A stretch of 63,977 bases of DNA, the filler included, from Vezdaea acicularis (Eukaryota), in the NCBI GenBank assembly GCA_026025075.1. It is 3 parts of 3 records of this genome, joined end to end, with 100 filler letters (N's around TTAATTAATTAA, not from the genome) between each part and the next. Parts side by side here need not be neighbours in the genome. Positions count along the whole stretch, not along the records: positions 26,356 to 52,164 come from JAPEUI010000179.1; 2 more parts are not named here. One strand, given 5' to 3'. Within the stretch, counting starts at the first letter, position 1. Each line of letters starts with the position of its first letter. The position numbers and the translations under genes are program-made. The notes below the pieces were generated by a model that saw only the letters and a program-made list of their open reading frames with translations, was not told where the DNA came from and ran no database searches. Shown piece after piece: positions 38,637-49,853 of this stretch.

Positions 38637-40484
38637 TTAGTCTTTCACTAGAGCGAGCCCATCAACCGCCTCCGCTACATCCTGCAAGCCGCTCTCTTTT
38701 CTCTTAATCCTCTCTCTCAACTCCCTAACCAACTCTGTCAGCTGCACTAGTACACCATCTTTCTCCGGGTGCCCCTCTGGAAGCCCTAACTCCTTAATCT
38801 TGACTTTGCCTTGGGCCTGCTCCTCCTCCCCAAGGATTACAGCAAACGGTACGCCACCCTGATCTGCTGCCTTGAATTGCTGCTGATATTTTGGTTTCTC
38901 CTTATAGCTGAACTCTGCTTTGATTCCAGCGTCCCACAACATACGTGCGGTCTCCATTCGCTCAGGGAGCATGCCCGTGAACCCAGCGCCGCCCATGGCC
39001 ATCACGTAGACATCTGTTTCAGTGGGCCGTACAGAGTCGAGTGTACTGAGTTCTCGTGACTTAGTGAGCGAGAATATCCGGTCAACGCCAAAGGAAATGC
39101 CAACGCATGGGATCTGGGCTTTGCCTGAGAACATGCCGACGAGATTGTCATAGCGCCCACCAGCGGCTATACTGCCTACGCCAATTGAGGGGTCAGAGGA
39201 GCGGTCTTCGTCGAAGTCAGTGCCTGTTTTGAGGGACTTTTTATCATGGTGTGATGATTTGGCCTTAGTATTTGTGGTTTGGGGGGGTGCGGAGCCCTCG
39301 GTCACGACTTCGAATATGACACCAGTGTAATAGTCAAGGCCGCGGGCAAGGGATAGGTCGAAGGAAATGAAAGGGAGGACTGAGAAGCTTTTGAGGTAGG
39401 TGAAGAGAAGCGACATTTCTTCCAAGCCTTGCTTCGCAGAGCTGTTGGAGGTGAGTTCGGCGTCGGCTTTGAGTGCGTTGAGAAGGTTAGTGGAGCCTTT
39501 CTGTTGGACAAACGTCCCGATTTTCTCGGCCACGATGGGGTCGAGGTGCTTCTCTTCAGTCATTTCGCGGTAGACCTCCGTCCAAGGAAGCTAGCTTTAA
39601 GTCAGAATATTGCTTATGGGCGAAATTTTGGCGCTGTTACCTTGTCCAATTTGTCCACTGCGCTACTTATGGTACGGATCTTATCTTGAGGCACCCCGCA
39701 AACTTCGAATATCCCGTCAAGGATTTTCCTATGATTTATCTTGATGGTGAAATTATTTCTCCATCCCAAGCCCTCGAATATCTCACATGTAATTCTTAAA
39801 ATTTCTGCATCTGGTAGCATCAGGTCAAACTTCCCAGCAATATCAAAATCGCACTGGTAGAATTCCCGCATGCGGCCTTTTGTCATGGCCGGCTGATCTC
39901 TTCGGTATACCTTGGCGATGTGATAGCGCTTGATGTTCTGAATTGCTGGATGCATGGCGAGCCAGCGTGCGAAAGGTACTGTGAGATCATAACGGAGAGA
40001 GCAGAGTTCACCTCCTTGATCTTCGAGGTCATATATGAGTTTTGAATCTTCCCCGTATTTACCAGATAAGATCTCCTTGAGCTCAAAGACGGGCCTACCA
40101 CAAGCCTTGAATTAGTCAACAAGACCGTAAGAAATAGCTAAAGTCACATACGTATCAATTGTTACGGCTCCGTGGCGCTTGAAAACACCAGTAATGGTTG
40201 AAAAAATGCGGTCCCGAATAATCATATCCTTTCCCTCCCCTTCGCAAGTGTAAATAGCAAGTCAGAGCGCTAGTACCATATACAGACTTACAGTCTTTTG
40301 TGCCTTTAGGAGTTTTCAGTTGATACTGCAACTTATCCTTCCCCATTTCGTCTGGTACCCTGCCTTGCACAGCTGGAGCGTGTGCTTGATGTAAGGATTT
40401 AGGGCATAGAGGAGCTAGGTTTTGCAAGGCAGCAGCTCGGAACGATCGCGCAGGCCCTGAAACTAGAAAATGTATACCCCGCAT
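38637..40484 (-). CDS. HTS1: Histidyl-tRNA synthetase (cytosolic start 40346; upstream in-frame start 40484)
   Basis: [85 protein letters not shown]. Confidence 0.96.
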
Positions 40485-40700
40485 GCACGATTGGAGCTCC
40501 CTCTAATATATCTTACACAGGAAGAGTGGGGGACTGAGTCGCATTCATTTACGAAGGAGTCAGAACGAGTACGGCAAGCGAGAACGACCACCCTTACCCT
40601 GAAAGCAATCTAGCCAACCACAGCCTTGACAACTGCGAGGGTGACCTAAGCTGGGATGTAGAACAGGACCTTACAAAATTTGTCTAATCATCAGTTCGAG

Positions 40701-43123
40701 ATGGCCATTCATCAAGGGATAGATGTTGAAGAAATCAGAGTCAAGGCCCGCACAGACCTCTTGGACCTACTAGAAAGTGTGAGAGCTCCTCAGAAGATCC
40801 TTCAATGAAGAGCATTCGTCTTACGTGGCTGTAAGGATAGGTTCCGGGCAAGAAGAATCTAGTTCTTGAAAAGTCTTTAGCTGGTCCTATCAATTTGTTT
40901 GTGAAATTCTCTACTTTGAAAGACTATGGCGTGGATAAAGTGTTTTGGCTTGAGAACGGCAATGTAGATGCATCCCAAAAGAACATCATCTTCCTGGCGA
41001 AAGCTGAAAAAGCCACTAAAGTACAAGCAATTGCAGGTACGTTAAAGTACTACACGTTTGGCGATTTCGAAGACAAACTAAGGTGTCTTTGGTCTAACTT
41101 TACGGCCCTTATCCTTGTACTGAGGCCTTGAGCTTAAAAGCGCGTTATAAAACTACATTCTTAAAATGCTTATTTGCATCCTTAGAGCTGCAAGCCTCCA
41201 TATGAATTTCCCCCACTCATTCTTGCTCTCTCATCATTGTTTAAATATGTTCTTTAAGGCGTGCAGGCTGTCAAATATGAACTGATTAATTGGGTCAATT
41301 GTAGCACAAGTCAAACGCTTGCAACAGACGGGCCAAGGAGACCATGAGTTTTCCATCTTTTGGACGCCTAGACGTACTCTCGTTGCCGACAAGATACTGG
41401 AAGATGAAGCAGTTCTGGGCGATGTGAATATCGCCGAACTTCCCTTGTACTTCTTACCACTCGAAGATGATCTTTTATCGATGGAATATGACGAATCATA
41501 TAGTGACCTCTACCTTGTAAGTACACCCTATTCTGGCTAAACATGACTCGAAGTTGAATCCGAGTAGCGAAGAGACCCAACTATTACGTTTCTGACGGCG
41601 AAGGCTTTGATGGCGATACAACAGCGCCACGGACTTTTCCCGCGTATCATTGGGAAAGGCGACAATGCTCGGCGACTAACCGATCTTCTCGTTAGGATGA
41701 GGTCTGAAGTTGCAGCCGGAGGGGGTCAAAACGAAAGCACGTCTTCTGTTCTTGGACTTACCCCTAGTTCGAGCATTGAAAGTTTGATCGTATTGGACCG
41801 CGAGGTTGATTTTGCTACGCCTCTCCTAACACAGCTGACATATGAAGGTCTTCTTGATGAAGTGTTTCGGATTCAAAACAGTCAAGCTGACGTAGATGCG
41901 TCGATAGTCGGCGTCGCTCCGACTCAGCAGCCGTTGCAAGGCGCGTCCTCAAGGAGTCCAACCCCTTTGCCTGCTCAGCAGGGACGAAAGAGAAAGATCC
42001 CGCTTGATTCATCTGACAAGTTGTATGAGCAGCTGCGAGACACGAATTTTGCCATAGTTGGACCCCTATTGAATAAGATAGCGCGGCGGCTTGATAGTGA
42101 TTACAAGGCTCGACATGATGCGAAAAGTACATCAGAACTCCGCGAGTTCGTTACCAAGTTGCCGGGGTATCAGGCTGAACAACAGAGTCTCAAAATCCAC
42201 ACAGGACTCACTGAAGAGATCATCAAGCATACTCGCTCGGATTTTTTTAGTCGTGTGCTCGAAGTCCAGCAAAACCTTGCTGCTGGCGCAGACCCTTATT
42301 ACCAGCATGATAATATTGAGGAGCTCATCGCGCGCGATGCACCACTCCCAACAGTCCTCAGACTTCTCTGCCTCGAGTCGGTCATTTCGGGCGGCCTGCG
42401 GCCCAAGGATCTAGATACTTTCAAGCGCCAAATCTTGCATGCATATGGTTACCAGCATCTCCTTACCATGGATGCTCTTGAAAAGATGCAATTATTGCAA
42501 TCTCGATCATCTTCAAGCGCATTGACGATTTCGGTAACTAGTAGTGCGACAACAGGCTCTAAGACTAACTATAGCGGCGTCCGGAAATCACTTCGCCTTA
42601 TTGTTGACGAAGTCAAGGAGTCTGATCCGAATGACGTTGCTTATGTATATAGCGGTTATGCACCTCTCAGCATACGCCTGGTCCAGTGCGTACTAGAGAA
42701 ACAATATATTATGTCGATTACCAAAAGCTCTGCGACTGTGGGAGCAGGTGCTGTTAGTGGCGCCGCTACAGGATGGAAGGGATTCGAGGATGTACTTAAG
42801 AACGTCCGTGGCAAGACTTTCGATGAAGTACAACGAGGTGAAGACAAAGCTGTCAGGGCTAGACAGATCTTGAATGGCTCAAGTGAGAAAAAGACCGTCC
42901 TTGTGCTGTTGCTTGGGGGTATCACATATGCAGAGATTGCTGCTTTGAGGTTTATCGCGAAGAGAGAAGAGGGTGAGTATGTTTGACGAAGTGCCTTGAC
43001 GGCTACTGACTATAAGGTTTGTTAGGAAAGCGACGTCTGTTGATACTTACGACCTCTATCATCAGCGGAGACAAGATAATGGAGGCAGCCATTCAAAGTA
43101 GTACCAAAGACGCTGGCGAATGA
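40701..43123 (+). CDS. VPS33: Sec1/Munc18-family vacuolar sorting protein Vps33
   Basis: KARTDLLDLLES/VPGKKNLV, FVKFSTLKDYGV, FWTPRRTLVA, LDREVDFATPLLTQLTYEGLLDE, YVYSGYAPLSIRLVQ, LGGITYAEIAALRF. Confidence 0.94.
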
Positions 43124-43997
43124 ATCAACGTAATGGCTCATCGCGAAGACTTAAATCCATGTTGTATGCTCTGTCTACCTTCCCTTCACACTGCGGCGCT
43201 ACTAGACATCAATATACCCCGGTATACCCGTTTCACTCAGCGAGCTGTTCAAAACCGCTGGTGATCTACGCTTTAAAACATCCTTGACTAGCCGTGAGCC
43301 TACTTCTCGAAAGCGTAACGGCTCTATCCAAATAGCCTCTATCTAGGCAGGGATGACAACAGATGAGCAGCCCAGCGAACCCCATATGTCAAATATGTTC
43401 TAAGCTACGAACTGGTTATCAAAAATGGATGGCTTACCAAGAAGTTCAGATGTACGAATGGTTTGCCTTATTTCTGGGACGTCCAAGGATCTTGCGACTC
43501 ATTCTCCTTAAGCCACGAATCGAGCATTAGAGACGGCCTCTAGGTGGTGTTCGGCGTCGAGTGTTTTGCTTTTAGTCAAACAGACTAATAGAATTACCAC
43601 TGCCAAGAAGGGTTGACTTTATTCAAGTAACAGGGTGCTTGATTTTGACTTTGTGGACTCGTCGCATGTGACCATGCTCCCATCTGACTGAGCGCTCACC
43701 TCTATGGGTAAAGGTGGAGTCACTCGAAAGTTCCCTCTTTTCCTCCTTTCAAGGAAGGAGCGATTGGAAGAACTGCAGTTACCTCCGGGGGTAAAGATAG
43801 AGTAATTTGCCATCAGAAGAAGGTATGAAGTCCAACCTTCTCTGTTACTCCACTTTTGGCGCTTGTATGCTCCGCTTTTTTTCCTCAACAATAATACAAA
43901 GCTCGAGCCCCCAGAACTTTTCAACCCCCCAGAACTAACCTGCCAGAATTTTCAAAGCATATTTTCACTCCTTGCATAAGCCGCGAGATACTACACA

Positions 43998-45275
43998 ATG
44001 TCGTCCCCAAACTCTAAGGTTCAATTAGTGGAAAGAGTTGCAAAATCCAGAGCTCGTGCTGACACTTCAGCGTTATTGCCACCTGGTTTTGATGCAATAT
44101 CTGAGGATACAATGGCAACACTTGTTCCAGAGAAAAGCATTGGGGCCTATACACAAGAACGGCTTCAGGAAAGTTTGGCTTATGCGGAGATGTTTCTTCA
44201 CCGTCGAGACATTTCACCTCGATCAGAGACGTTCATGCAAATATTCAAAGATGAACTCAAAGAGGCCATACAAGCCGACGATCCCAAGGACAAGATTGCC
44301 AGCTCTATCACCATTTGTGCTTATGAGAATCTGATCAAGAAAAATGCTTTTCTTGGAGTGGAACAATTTGAGAAGGAGCGAGCTCTTCAGGGACATATGT
44401 TGGAATTTCGATCGCTCCAGTATGTAGCAAGATATGGAGATTATGCAAAGATCTTTCCAACAAAGCTTCGTTTATATGCCGTCAAAGATAAAACAGACGA
44501 TTGGACACTCTTGAGCGGTAACAATTACTGGTCAGCAATTGCGGACCAGCTATTCGATGAGGACGTGCAATTTCAGAGGACTTTAATTAATAGAACACTC
44601 AAAGCTTCACGCGAGGTTCATGCAGCAGTCCACAGTGCCTGTCATCAGATAGGCATCTCAACAGAACTAGCGACATGGTCGATCATTGCATATGGCCGTC
44701 GGAACTCATTGTTGCATCGCAATCTCGATCAACTCAAAGAAGAAGGCAACTATACTCGATTTGCCGAAGTACTTTACGAAGATTTGGCCGATATTGACTG
44801 CGTGTTTTCGGAACTTCACAATGAGACTGACAAGACAAATCTAAGGATTCTCGTCCAAACCGAGATCCATAAATGGTTTGATATTGGTTCAAGAATTCAA
44901 GATTACAGGTCGTGGCTCCCAAAACCCGAGCTACGAGAGTTTTACCTCAAAGCTCAAGCAGCAAAAAACAAGCCTACCAATGCAGAGCAGAAGAAGATCA
45001 ATATTGAGGAGAATGGCCAACGAAGCAAAGAGAAAGCAGATAGACAAAAAATTTCTTCGATAACCTCATCTCCTGCAACTGGAAAACGAATTGCCAGCAC
45101 TAAAGAGCCGAGAGGATCAGAAAAGGCTACTTATAAACGACGTATGAGAACACGGGAGCAGCTTGTGGCCAAAAAATGCAAGTTGGAGTTGCAAGTAGAG
45201 TATATCAAGAAGGAATTGGCAAAGTCGGATAAGCAAGAACTAGGCGGGCAAGAGTTGGATAGTGGCTGTCAATAA
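43998..45275 (+). CDS. Intronless hypothetical protein (425 aa) with RNxxxH motif and basic coiled-coil C-terminus
   Basis: Long uninterrupted ORF with good ATG context (ACACAATG); YGRRNSLLH at 44691-44717; no recognisable housekeeping family. Confidence 0.75.
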   Translation: MSSPNSKVQLVERVAKSRARADTSALLPPGFDAISEDTMATLVPEKSIGAYTQERLQESLAYAEMFLHRRDISPRSETFMQIFKDELKEAIQADDPKDKIASSITICAYENLIKKNAFLGVEQFEKERALQGHMLEFRSLQYVARYGDYAKIFPTKLRLYAVKDKTDDWTLLSGNNYWSAIADQLFDEDVQFQRTLINRTLKASREVHAAVHSACHQIGISTELATWSIIAYGRRNSLLHRNLDQLKEEGNYTRFAEVLYEDLADIDCVFSELHNETDKTNLRILVQTEIHKWFDIGSRIQDYRSWLPKPELREFYLKAQAAKNKPTNAEQKKINIEENGQRSKEKADRQKISSITSSPATGKRIASTKEPRGSEKATYKRRMRTREQLVAKKCKLELQVEYIKKELAKSDKQELGGQELDSGCQ

Positions 45276-45392
45276 CACATCAGTGGCGCCTAATCAAACC
45301 AGAATGTAGGCAAAATTGCAAGCAAGATAGGAGACCGATCATCTATTTGGAGGGAATAGTACTATATACATGCCAAGGGCGTGATTGCCTGC

Positions 45393-45938
45393 TCAACTCT
45401 GCTCCTGCCAAATCCATTCTGTACCATTCCAATACTTGTATCTTTGAGCGGCTTCGTCCCACTTCCATTCTGGTGCTTGTTGATGAGCTGGTATCTGACC
45501 TTGAAGTTGAGTAGAATACGGGGAATCCGTCACTGAAAGAGTCTGGTCCAGACGGACAGGTGCGTATTTTGGGTTGGAGAATATCGTGTATCCAGTATCA
45601 GGATAATAGTGAAATGATGTTGCCCTATTCGATCTTTTTAGATTTCCTATGCCCAACACTCCTGAAATGTGGATTGGATCCACAGTGCCGTCCGCACGGG
45701 TGGTCGAATGCGGATCCCCACTTCACATAGCAGTTCTAATTAGATACTATTGCAGGTATAAGTTGACCAAAAGCACTTACTTAACTACCCCTTTCTCTAC
45801 TTTGACGGCGAGTCCGGGTGCTTTATTGATAGCCACCTCAACATCCTCTAACAAAGATTTCACATCTTTCGTAGTACCGTTGAGTTCCCACTTGAGACTG
45901 TTTGCCGCTTTCACAGTAGATGAGAAGAATCTGCTCAT
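45393..45938 (-). CDS. Small hypothetical protein (~161 aa, 2 exons: 45938-45781, 45720-45393) with Trp-rich C-terminal motif
   Basis: MSRFFSSTVKAANSLKWEL...VEKGVV, GTAAGT donor at 45780, CTAAT branch, AAG acceptor, then in frame with GDPHST...DPIHISG...TSFHYY...WKWDEAAQRYKYWNGTEWIWQ. Confidence 0.65.
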
Positions 45939-46452
45939 CTCTTGTTGTGAAATAAGATTGATGCTCTAAAAGTCAAGAGAGAAGTTTTGTTCAGCTCTAT
46001 TGAATGAAGAGGCTGATCTGTGAGTATTAGCAAGGACTTAATTTGAAGTTGAAGTAGATTATATGTATAACCAAAACTCAAAGCAAGACATAAAAGGGAA
46101 GAAGGTCTTGATATATTTCATATGTTGCCAAAATCATCAAAACCAAAAAGTGAATGAATCATTCACTATTTTAAGTTGTTGCGGAAGTAGACGAGCATGT
46201 TATCAAGATAACCAACAGTTAGGGACAAGGAGAGCAAATAATTATATGGGTCATCAGCGATCCCGGCTGCAAGCGAATTGAGTTGTAAATGGTCTCTAGC
46301 CTCAATCGTGGGACCAGGAACCCCACGTTCGGCGGTTTAAAAAGGTTCAAGCGAACAGCCAGTCAACACGTCCACAGTATCTACTTAATCATCCATTAGT
46401 CTGGTTTGAAATGCTATATCCCATAATGAGTCAGCCCCGTTCTGGCTGACAT

Positions 46453-48057
46453 ATGAATGCAAGAAGGCTACGTCCAGTCCTGGATTTCTATTCAATTCTA
46501 TGGATCGTTATGTTGCGCAAATTGTGGGTTCCAGGTACCCATCAACTCCGATGGTCGCGGGTTCTCAGAGGAGCTCGCATGTCCGCGAGCCCGTCGCCCA
46601 CTCTTCTCTCGCCTGATATCCTAATAGAGGAAGAGAAGATTCCTGGCTACGACCCTAAGAAGTTTTTCCCGGTGAATCCAGGAGATCTCCTCAACAACAG
46701 GTACAGAATCGTGGCTAAGGTTGGATGGGGCACTACTTCTACCGTATGGCTCGCTCAAGATATCCAAAGGTATGTGGCCGTCAATTAAAGGTGCGTTTCT
46801 CCTAACTCTTCATAGGCGGTGGTGGAACTCAAGCCGTTACGTGACTCTAAAGATAGCCGTCTCCGACTTCACCGATGAAGATGCCGCACAACATGAGCTT
46901 AACATAGCCCAATCACTCCAGGAAAATCCGTCGCATGTGGGCTTTCAGCTTGTGAGGATCCCAGTTGACAACTTTGAAGCTATCGGGCCAGAGGGAAAAC
47001 ACGTGTGCTTAGTCTATGAGCCAATGAGAGAGCCCCTCTGGCTACTTCAGGAACGAATGCCGAATAAAAGAATCCCCCCCTCTCTTCTCAAGGTTTACAT
47101 AGCATTTTTCTTGAAAGCTCTCGATTATCTTCATTCTGAATGTCGCATCATACACACGGGTGAGTTTCAGAAAAAGTTTGACCTTGAAGTCGAGGCTTAC
47201 CCTATCCTAGACCTCAAGATGGATAATATCTTAGTTGGGTTCGAGAATCCCTCCGTACTCGAAGAATACGTTGCAAAACAAGCTGAAAACCCCATGCTAC
47301 GAAAGATAAAAGATGGCAGATCGATTTATCTCTCGCATAACGATTTTGGGCCTATGAAATCATTCGTTGTATTACCGAAGATAGCAGACTTCGGCTTAGC
47401 ACAATATGGAGATGTCCCAGAGCCTTTGAGACACCCTATTCAACCCCCTCTTTATCAAGCTCCGGAGGTCCTGCTAGGTACGAGCTGGACCTATAGCGTA
47501 GACATCTGGAACCTCGGTTTATTGGTATGCATCCGTTTCTATTCCTGACTTAATTTCTAACTCACGCAAAATTCAACTAGATTTGGAATATGATGGAGGG
47601 CAGGGACTTATTTCAACATATTCGATCTGGCCAAGGAGATCACGATGTTCGAGCACATTTTGCAGAAATGATCGCTTTATTCGGTCCGCCGCCCAAGAAG
47701 CTTCTTGATAGAGAAAACTCATGGAACAATATCAAGTGGAGCCACGCTATTATGAATCCAAATGGCAAGCTCTGCGAGAGTGCTCGCGAGTATTTTGGAG
47801 GGCCTTTCTTCGACTCTGAAGGTAAGTTTTGGAAAAAGCCCTCTACCTGCGAACCAAAAAGCTAAACTTTTCTCCTAGGCGAGTTCATGCATAAGCATTT
47901 AATCCCGACAAATGTCAGCTTAGAGGATTCCGTTACCTCTCTTGAAGGTGAGGAAAAACGACACTTCCTTAATTTTGCGAGGAAGATGCTTCAATGGTTA
48001 CCAGAGCGCAGAGAGTCCGCCAAGGAGCTCCTCGAAGACCCGTGGCTAGGCTCGTAA
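46453..48057 (+). CDS. SRPK-like (CMGC) Ser/Thr protein kinase of the fungal expanded type, 4 introns; start codon uncertain (46453/46510/46579)
   Basis: IEEEKIPGYDPKKFFPVNPGD, KVGWGTTSTVWLA, YVTLKI, HVCLVYEPMREPL, HT/DLKMDNIL, KIADFG, YQAPEV, DIWNLG, RKMLQWLPERRESAKELLEDPWL. Confidence 0.9.
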
Positions 48058-48096
48058 ATCATCCAACGGGTATAAGTTCTCAAGGAGCGGGCATAC

Positions 48097-48775
48097 CGCG
48101 TTTAGGTGTGTGAGATCGTACATTGCTGTCTGCGCCGATGACGAAGCCGAAGACGGAGCAAGCACGGGTAGCCACTCTCGATCAGTGGATATGGTATTGG
48201 CGACACCGCTAAGCTTCTCGAGAATGTCAAGAGTGATTATGAGAGTACAAAGCGCATTTCTGGCGAGCCCGCTTAGGTGAGGTACCGCTGTGGAGATATC
48301 TTGTCGCTTTGCGCCTGCCTTGCTATCATCTACGATGACCAGCCAGACAATGTATGCGGCAATGGTAGCGCATCGATGCGCATATATCGAAGCCGCGAGG
48401 GACCGAAGTCGCGAAGGCGACCGATCTATCCATCTTCCTAGAGGCGTTGAGAAGCATATTGCCGCCGCGGTTGTGGAGACGCCGCTGCGCGAGATCAGTA
48501 AACCTCCGGCTAGGGGCAGGTACCGCGTTACCGTATAGATGCTGCAGTCAGGGTGTCAGGATAAGTTGAAGCCGTGAAAATTATCTTCTGAGTCAGCAGG
48601 ACCTGCAGCAGGATATAACACTACTTACGGCGGCGTACTCGTATGTACGTAAGTTCCAGGTGAACAGGAAATGGAGAGCATACAAGCTCCAGGCCTGTAC
48701 TCTGGTGAGGTGGTGCACACCATATTCTGAAGGACCCATCTATGCATCCGGAAGTAGATTGAGCTCGAAATTCAT
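48097..48775 (-). pseudogene. 3'-truncated ferroportin (FPN1/SLC40)-like iron exporter relic
   Basis: Spliced translation: LTRVQAWSLYALHFLFTWNLRTYEYAA / IIFTASTYPDTLTAASIR / GVSTTAAAICFSTPLGRWIDRSPSRLRSL...LDILEKLSGVANTISTDREWLPVLA...YDLTHLNA. The gene then meets the kinase stop ~40 bp later. In-frame TAG at 48740-48742 between two ATGs. Confidence 0.75.
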
Positions 48776-49853
48776 TCTGAACCACTGTAGTAGGACATAT
48801 GGGGGCAGGTTGCCCTCATCGTAAGCCTGGCTTTGGTGGAACTATAAGCCAAACTTAGCAGAAAATGGGGGCGGCCGCTAAGCTGTTTTCGGCTACTGCA
48901 TGGGGTTAGTGTCGTAGGGCTGGGAGTCGCCTATGTTTGGACGCGCTTGCCGAAAAGATCTCTTCTCTCCAAACAATAAGATTGACTAAACGTGGTATCA
49001 TCAGTTTCACTCTCAAGGTCAACAGCAGTAATAATTTATTGGCTACATCACCACCCTCTCCAAGAGAAGGCTGGTTAGCACATCCAATTGGAATGATTCT
49101 GTTGTTACCATAGCTTGCGCCATATGAAGCGGATGACATCATCGTCCCTGTCTAGTGGCGGGAATTACGATCTGGTATGGAGAGCTTGAGCGCGCAAGGA
49201 TGAGGGTAGCCAGCTCTTATCGTTTGAGATGGAGAGAGCTCATTAGTGTAGTGAGACGTTCAGGGGCTTACAGGCTGTTGATGCTAAGAGGATGGAGCGC
49301 CGACTAATGCGGTAGTGTTTCTAAATATTGCACTTGGACGGGCTTGCTTCTAGCGAATGCCTTGGGCTTGATATTGATGGTATCATCGGAATTAGCGTGG
49401 ACATAAAAATTCTGTTCTGGTAATGATCTTGCTGCTGTTCGTTTGGCCGAGGGTGTTAGTCACCACGCCACCCGGATAGCGGTTGCGGAATCCTTTATCT
49501 TCGGAACCTACGTTAAAGCGAGCATATCTTGAACTTGTTGTAGACAACAAAGTATTGCTGCTATTTTGCAGATATTATGGCCTTTAAGTAGTCGTATTGA
49601 CTCGGAAATATACTGACAAATCAATGACCGATCCAGATTGGATATCTGGTGATTGCTCTAGTGAGTGTCAAGGCCACGCCGCCTATGCGGATGTCTCCGT
49701 CCTTCACTCCTTTATCATACACGCAAACCTTATCACTTCCCCGTTCATAATTGCTGGTTTATGACCCGGTATACCCCTCCTACCTATAACGTGTCTTGGT
49801 GACTTGACGCTTATATCTTGCCATACCTCTACCTCTGCCTTTGTTGGCTAAGC

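Noticed and set aside
43908..43950. Short direct repeats CCCCCAGAACT x2 plus CCAGAATT upstream of the 425-aa orphan
   Set aside because: Too short and too few for a CRISPR-like array or element terminus; no matching copy found at the other end of the island.
46290..46360. Two small hairpins (CGTGGG/CCCACG, GTTCG/CGAAC) suggesting a tRNA relic or element end
   Set aside because: No cloverleaf or proper A/B boxes; stems are short enough to arise by chance.
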